Shown here: piece after piece, positions 58,837-64,000 of the stretch | How the letters are laid out: the number at the start of each line of letters is the position of its first letter | How positions within the stretch are numbered: position 1 is the first letter of the stretch | DNA from: Octopus vulgaris | Taxonomy: Eukaryota | Direction: 5' to 3' | Length of the DNA: 64,000 bases | NCBI GenBank assembly: GCA_951406725.2 | Contig: OX597817.1 | Span: 116,808,001 to 116,872,000, forward strand | Program-made: the position numbers and the translations under genes | The notes under the pieces: generated by a model | The model's database searches: none | The model's input: only the letters and a program-made list of their open reading frames with translations | What the model was told of the DNA's origin: nothing

Positions 58837-59254
58837 CATAGATGCGTCCGTGGAATAGGGTTAACAGTTTTAAAATAAGGTTATTCGAATCTGCCAAAAT
58901 GTATTGCGTTCTTATTTTCGCGAAATTACTAGAGGAGCCAATGTTAAGTTCTAATCCTTCATTTTTATATACATATGCACAAAAAAACGCACACACATAC
59001 CTATTCACCCATATACTCATATATGTACTGTTGTGTCTGGGAGAGTCATTTTTTTGTGCCTTAAAATGTAACACACTCACCGGTAAAATTTCCACTTATT
59101 TTTTATTTTTATTTTTCTAAAATCCCGAAACTTATATATGTATGTATAATTATATGCATATGTATGAAAATACATGTGTGAGCCCTACGACACTGTATGT
59201 AAGCATGTGTGTATGTATGTATATATGTAGGTAGGTAGGTATTTAAGTATGTCT

Positions 59255-59593
59255 GAGACCCCCTTCCGTCAGGACACTGACCATGGGATTGCACCTATAA
59301 AGTTACCCTCCCAGGCACAAGTCCGGGCAAGGTTGTTTATGGAAGACCAGCATTCACCCATGCATGCCAGCCTCCCCTCTCCATGCCACCAGTGTTATCC
59401 AAGGGAAAGGCAAGGGCCGATACAGCGTGGCTCCTGTGACGTCGCAACTCAATTTCTACAGCTGAGTGAAATGGAGCAACGTGAAATAAAGTGTCTTGCT
59501 CAAGAACACAACACGCAGCCTAGTTCGGAATTTGAGCTCACAACCTCACGATCGTAAGCTCGATGCTCTAACCACTGAGCGATGCGCCTTCAC
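59255..59593 (-). mobile_element. tRNA-derived SINE family C
   Basis: Minus-strand head gtgaaggcgcatcgctcagtggttagagcatcgagc; body shared with 1470-1692. Confidence 0.85.
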
Positions 59594-60019
59594 ATTTAAG
59601 TATGTATGAATGTGTATATGTATGTATGTATGAATGTGTATATGTATGTATACATCGTTCGAGAGAGAAGAATGTAAAATAATCGAAAGGATGAAAGCTT
59701 AATATTCTCAAGCAAAATGAAAATTGAGTCTGTTATGAATCTGTTATGATTGATAGATAGGTTATATAGTGTTATTATATTATATTTGTATTAACGGATA
59801 TCTTATGGGACTTACATACACATATACAAACTACAGAAGACAATAAGATTTGACATAAGTTATTGGTAGTGGAATATAGGAAATCTACCAATCAAAAAGG
59901 TAAACTACGAAGTATGAACTTTTATACTGGAGTAGTAAACCCAGAACATATATCGTTTGTGTCACTAGAGATTAGTTGTTATAAAATCACTAGAAATGAT
60001 TACAGAATATAATGACTGA

Positions 60020-60925
60020 TATATAGTGTTGAGTTTTGAAATATTTTCGCAACTCAGTTCCTTTATTCGTCAAGTTAAAACAAAAGTAGTCTAGCTTTCA
60101 AAGTAGAAGCTACCGTTTTGCAACGTCTGGGAGAAACTTTCTACCACTTCTTTGATACCACGTTGATAACAGTTCCAGTCCTTCGAGGTTAAGAACTCCT
60201 TCACTGAATATTCAATTTTCCGTTAGCTGATGAAGCGTCGTGTGCGCAGGAAGTGAGCCATTGATCGGGGGAAAATAGGAGGGTGCTAGATCCTGACTAT
60301 ATGCTAGATGTAGCATCAGTTCAATTCTTCTCGAGAATTCACGAGTTTATTTCGCGTCGTTCGAGCGGTTTGAGATTTAGCATTGTCTTATCACCGAGGA
60401 ACCCGCTTTTTGTAAAAAGATGCCGGGTATTTTTACTGCACATTGGCATACATCTACTCAAATTGTTTGGAGTATAGGTTTGCATCGATGGTTCGACCAT
60501 CCGAAGAGAAATCATTAATTGCCCCCTCCCCTCATAATTTACTCTAGACACAGAACATCACTATGTGTTCGAAATATTCATGTTTGGCGACATATTCTGG
60601 AAGCTTGCCATTAACTATAGCTTATGCATGTTTGGATTGCGGAAAGCTGTCTCTTTTCAATTAATACATGGCCCGATCCATGGTTCACTTCTTGAGCTTG
60701 CGACACTTCGTCAACTAAGAGGAGGTAGAGGCTTCATTGAAGGAGTTCTTCGCCTCGAAGAATCATAACTGGTATCAGCCTGAGATCAAAGAATTGGCAG
60801 AAAAGTGGCTTCAGCTGCTGTAACATGATGGCCTCTAATTAGAATATAAACTACTTTTATTGTAGTTTGACAAATAAAGCAAATATATTACCAAAATATG
60901 GCAAACATTTGACTCGACACAATAT
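60020..60925. mobile_element. Mariner remnant with two outward-facing 3' ends
   Basis: Minus strand 60480-60020: KYPASFYKKRV..DNAK..TARTT, YSQDLAPS..RSMAHFL..YQRGIKE. Plus strand 60670-60925: RSMVHFL...KEFFASKNHNWYQPEIKELAEKW. Confidence 0.75.
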
Positions 60926-61615
60926 TTTTATTCAAAAGGTTTGCTCCTTGCATATCGTTACAATATTAAACTATTTACAACACAATTAAACTCTTTCTAT
61001 TTGAGCGTTTCTCCTTGTGTCTCTGTGTCTGTCTGCTCGTCTCTCTCTCTTTTTCTCTATCTCTCTATCAAGAAAATGTCTCTTATGTATTCTGTAATGA
61101 AATGCGTTGAAATTTCTCATATGCATTTGATCGTATGTCTTTTTCACTTTATTTCTTTTGAATACATTGACATCAGCATCAGTAATAATTGTTTCTCAGT
61201 TTTGACACGGAGCCAGGATCAATATCAGTAATAATACAAACATGATCAAATGAATCAATGAAAATCAGATTTCTTAATTCTTATTTCGGACCGAAGACAA
61301 ACATTTGGGGAAATCTAAACATGGTTACTCGACCTGCAAATATAGTAACCAAACACCTCAAATTTATTCTAGTGACTTGATAAAGTGAAATAGCAAAATA
61401 GCTAATTCATGCTGGCCTTCAAACTCGAACAACGGAAGCGAGATATATGATCGTAACGTATTTGATGAGATGTTTACATAATGACATTGACCTGGAGTAA
61501 ACATCAGTAACAAGTAATACAACATATTAAACAATTTAAATATTTATTTATTTCGTATTTGTCCCATGAATACTAAACATCTAAGTATAGTGTGTATGAA
61601 TCAAACGTGCGTTCA

Positions 61616-61655
<40 letters not shown>

Positions 61656-62308
61656 GGGGGGAGAATTCGCTTTGGGTTTTTTTAAATGCACCTGAATTTG
61701 GAAAAAGGTAATTGTTTTTAAATAGACGTATTCACATACATAAACTAATTTCAACAAATTTTTGTTTATCAATGGTACAAATGTATGTAAAACAAGGGGA
61801 TTTTTAGCAGAATTTAAAATTAAGCAGTAGAAATCGAACATTTTTCAACGATCAAATGTTCACATAAAATTCTATGAGTTACACAAGGATACATAATATC
61901 AAAGCACATGTTCGGCGAAGAATATTGTGAATGTACATTACTAAACGTTCTGTCATGTTGAGTTTTTGTAGAATACGTGGACATGAGAGAGCAAACAAAT
62001 TGGGAAAAGTGTATGTATGTATGTACATATATGTATGTATTATGTATGTGTGTGTGTGTTTGTGTGTGTGTTTGTATGTGCGTGTGTGTGTGTGTGTGTG
62101 TATGTGTGTGTGAGATGAAATTTCCCGTCGGAGTAGACGTATGAGGGTTCAGCTTTTGCCGAATGATTTGTTTACAGTGAGCAGTTGCGTGAGGTCTGAA
62201 TTTACTTCTCACACCTGATGCATGTGTATGTTTTCAATGTGTACAAATAACGCAGGAGAAAAGGCGGAAGCATAAATATTTGAATAACGCCTGCGTTTAA
62301 CTGCATTT

Positions 62309-62356
<48 letters not shown>

Positions 62357-62358
62357 TA

Positions 62359-62689
62359 TTAAATGTTAAAAAATATATATTTGCGTCAATATGTCTGAAG
62401 AATATTAAAAATTTTTGAAGAATATTAAAAAATTTTTCTTATAATGACAAATTTAAAGAGAACCGGTTTCGCGTTTAAAAATTTCTTGCGACGTTATGAA
62501 ATTTGAAATTTGAAAAGCTAAACGCGAAACCGGTCTTTTTTAAATTATGTCATTATAAGAGAAAAAAATTTTAATATTCTTCAGACATATTGATGCAAAT
62601 ATATATTTTTTAACATTTAAGCCTTCTGTAGTTTTTTCACTTTTACTATTTTCTATATATTCAACCACGTGCTTTCACAAACCAACTTT

Positions 62690-62692
<3 letters not shown>
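62359..62692 (+). mobile_element. Fold-back PLE pLTR insertion with HHR 3' half
   Basis: Arms 62359-62477 and 62519-62620; acgc-GAAA-ccgg-TC near the hairpin centre; flanked by (TA)n on both sides. Confidence 0.75.
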
Positions 62693-62752
<60 letters not shown>

Positions 62753-62958
62753 TGAATACACAACCAAAAGAGGGACTAAAAATTTCATGCTTTTAAGATC
62801 CTTGGACAGGCATATCTATAAAAAACGGCATACATTTTAAAGCAACTTTCATTTTATGAATATTCGTGGCTTTTTTGGTTGTGTGTTTAAATTGATATGA
62901 ATCCCTCTCTTCTGTTAGTACTTTAAACTATACATTTATATGTGTGTATGTATATATA

Positions 62959-63006
<48 letters not shown>

Positions 63007-64000
63007 CAAGTACAAGTTGTTGATTAGCCCCCAACTACGCTTTGATGAAACAAATGATTCATCAACGGTTTTTTAGTCATAATCATTCCATAACTTATTG
63101 TACAACTAGAATATTAATGACCAATGTAATATACCTTCCTCTTAACAAGCAGAATAAATTTCGAAGTAGATGTGCTTGCTATTTCGATCAGATATTTGGA
63201 TTTTGTCGAAATCGCATAGACGACGCGTTTGGATATAAGTATAATGAGCTATGAAAGCTACTAATAATGTGAAATCAATGTAAACTCAATATATTTAAAG
63301 TTTCGAATTTGACACTTCTTCATCTTGAAATTACGCTTCATGGTTGTTACCAACGCTATTTTAATGAAATTCACTTCTCACTTAACCTCGGGTTCTTTTA
63401 CTTAAATTCAAACTCAAAGAAAGCACAGTAAATGTAAAATCATGAAGTACGGTATGATTATTTTTATTTTACACACTTTTGGAAGTGTTTTAAGCTCAAT
63501 TACATTCACTTAAAATGTACAAAACATTACAAGTTTATTTTAGCTATTTAGGTTAATTTCTGTTATATTCGAATACTGTGGCTATATTCGTGTTGCAGAT
63601 ATTCTGACTTACTCAGAAAAGAACTCATGCTCTATCGTAGTGGCAACTTTTGTTTTATCGTGTCACTGAGTTTCCTTTTCTGCATAACCTGAAGCATAGA
63701 TTACTATATAATATAATATTCACATTTCCGATAATTTTCCTAAATACTCTGCATGATTGGTCACAGAGATTCAATTTATGTATATACTCAATACACATAT
63801 ATTTTGGCATCTGATTCCACCCTTTCTCCAGGACACTGCATAATGGCAGTTTAGTGATGTTTTGCTTGGTGGTTTCATGGGATCTTCGAGAACTACGTTG
63901 TCTGTTTAATGTCGTTAGATTACAAACATTCCTTCAGCATATCCTAAACTCATTCTGAGCCTCGTATTTTGAACATTCTACATCGAAATTTTAAGAGCAG

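Overview
AT-rich, microsatellite-saturated eukaryotic DNA. The SINE families and repeat landscape resemble an octopod cephalopod (Octopus-like) genome; this is an inference from repeat content only. No long intact protein-coding ORF is present, and most ORFs in the supplied track are translations of (TA)n/(CA)n/(TATC)n/(AAT)n tracts. The window is mostly decayed mobile DNA: several tRNA-derived SINE families, Tc1/mariner remnants, Dong/R4-type and RTE-type LINE fragments, a Helitron-like element and Penelope-like element (PLE) remnants. Two signals stand out. (1) About ten short insertions have 3' ends that usually abut (TA)n. Many carry an inverted 5' copy of themselves, and each has a complete or partial minimal hammerhead-ribozyme (HHR) fold with a palindromic stem III. 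Across unrelated families the core 3-8 pair covaries (C-G, U-A, G-C), and one HHR sits in the tail of a tRNA-headed SINE. (2) A chain of minus-strand exons with good splice sites (about 18.8 kb to 2.2 kb) can be spliced into a small ORF. One 3' variant ends in a C-x6-C peptide resembling allatostatin-C/somatostatin-type neuropeptides. The gene model is a hand-built hypothesis, and element boundaries are approximate.
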